Below are positions 63,581-64,000 of a DNA stretch of 64,000 bases, piece after piece. Under the pieces are notes generated by a model. The model had not been told where the DNA came from. It ran no database searches and was given only the letters and a program-made list of their open reading frames with translations. The stretch is from the human T2T-CHM13v2.0 reference genome, Homo sapiens. A program made the position numbers and the translations under genes. The DNA lies in assembly GCF_009914755.1 (NCBI RefSeq), contig NC_060943.1, one strand, 5' to 3'. Each line of letters begins with the position of its first letter. The stretch's first letter is position 1.

Positions 63581-64000
<420 letters not shown>

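Overview
Primate (almost certainly human) non-coding genomic DNA with very high Alu density: about 60 Alu copies or fragments, roughly one per kb, of J, S and Y types. It also holds ancient L1M, L2, MIR, MaLR/ERVL LTR and hAT/mariner remnants. I can support no protein-coding exon; the listed ORFs are Alu-, L1-, L2- or microsatellite-derived, or have no support. Several lines of evidence point to a long intron pair of a + strand gene. A 68-nt exon at 35180-35247 has a branch point, polypyrimidine tract, TAG acceptor and GTGAGT donor, with stops in all three frames. All roughly 12 old LTRs I recognised lie antisense to +. From memory (unverified), this layout fits the 5'UTR exon 2 region of SIPA1L3 on chr19q13. 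The most interesting items are this exon with its micro-uORF, a CAG|GTGAGT recursive-splice-like site or 60-nt exon at 18729-18794, an 83-nt exon candidate ending in a Kozak ATG inside an AP-1-rich island between inverted Alus, a near-perfect MADE1 (miR-548-type) hairpin, a 19-nt retrotransposed-looking insertion with target-site duplication (TSD), and several Alu-on-Alu events. I find no evidence for a new multi-gene system. Repeat family names and boundaries were assigned by eye and are approximate.
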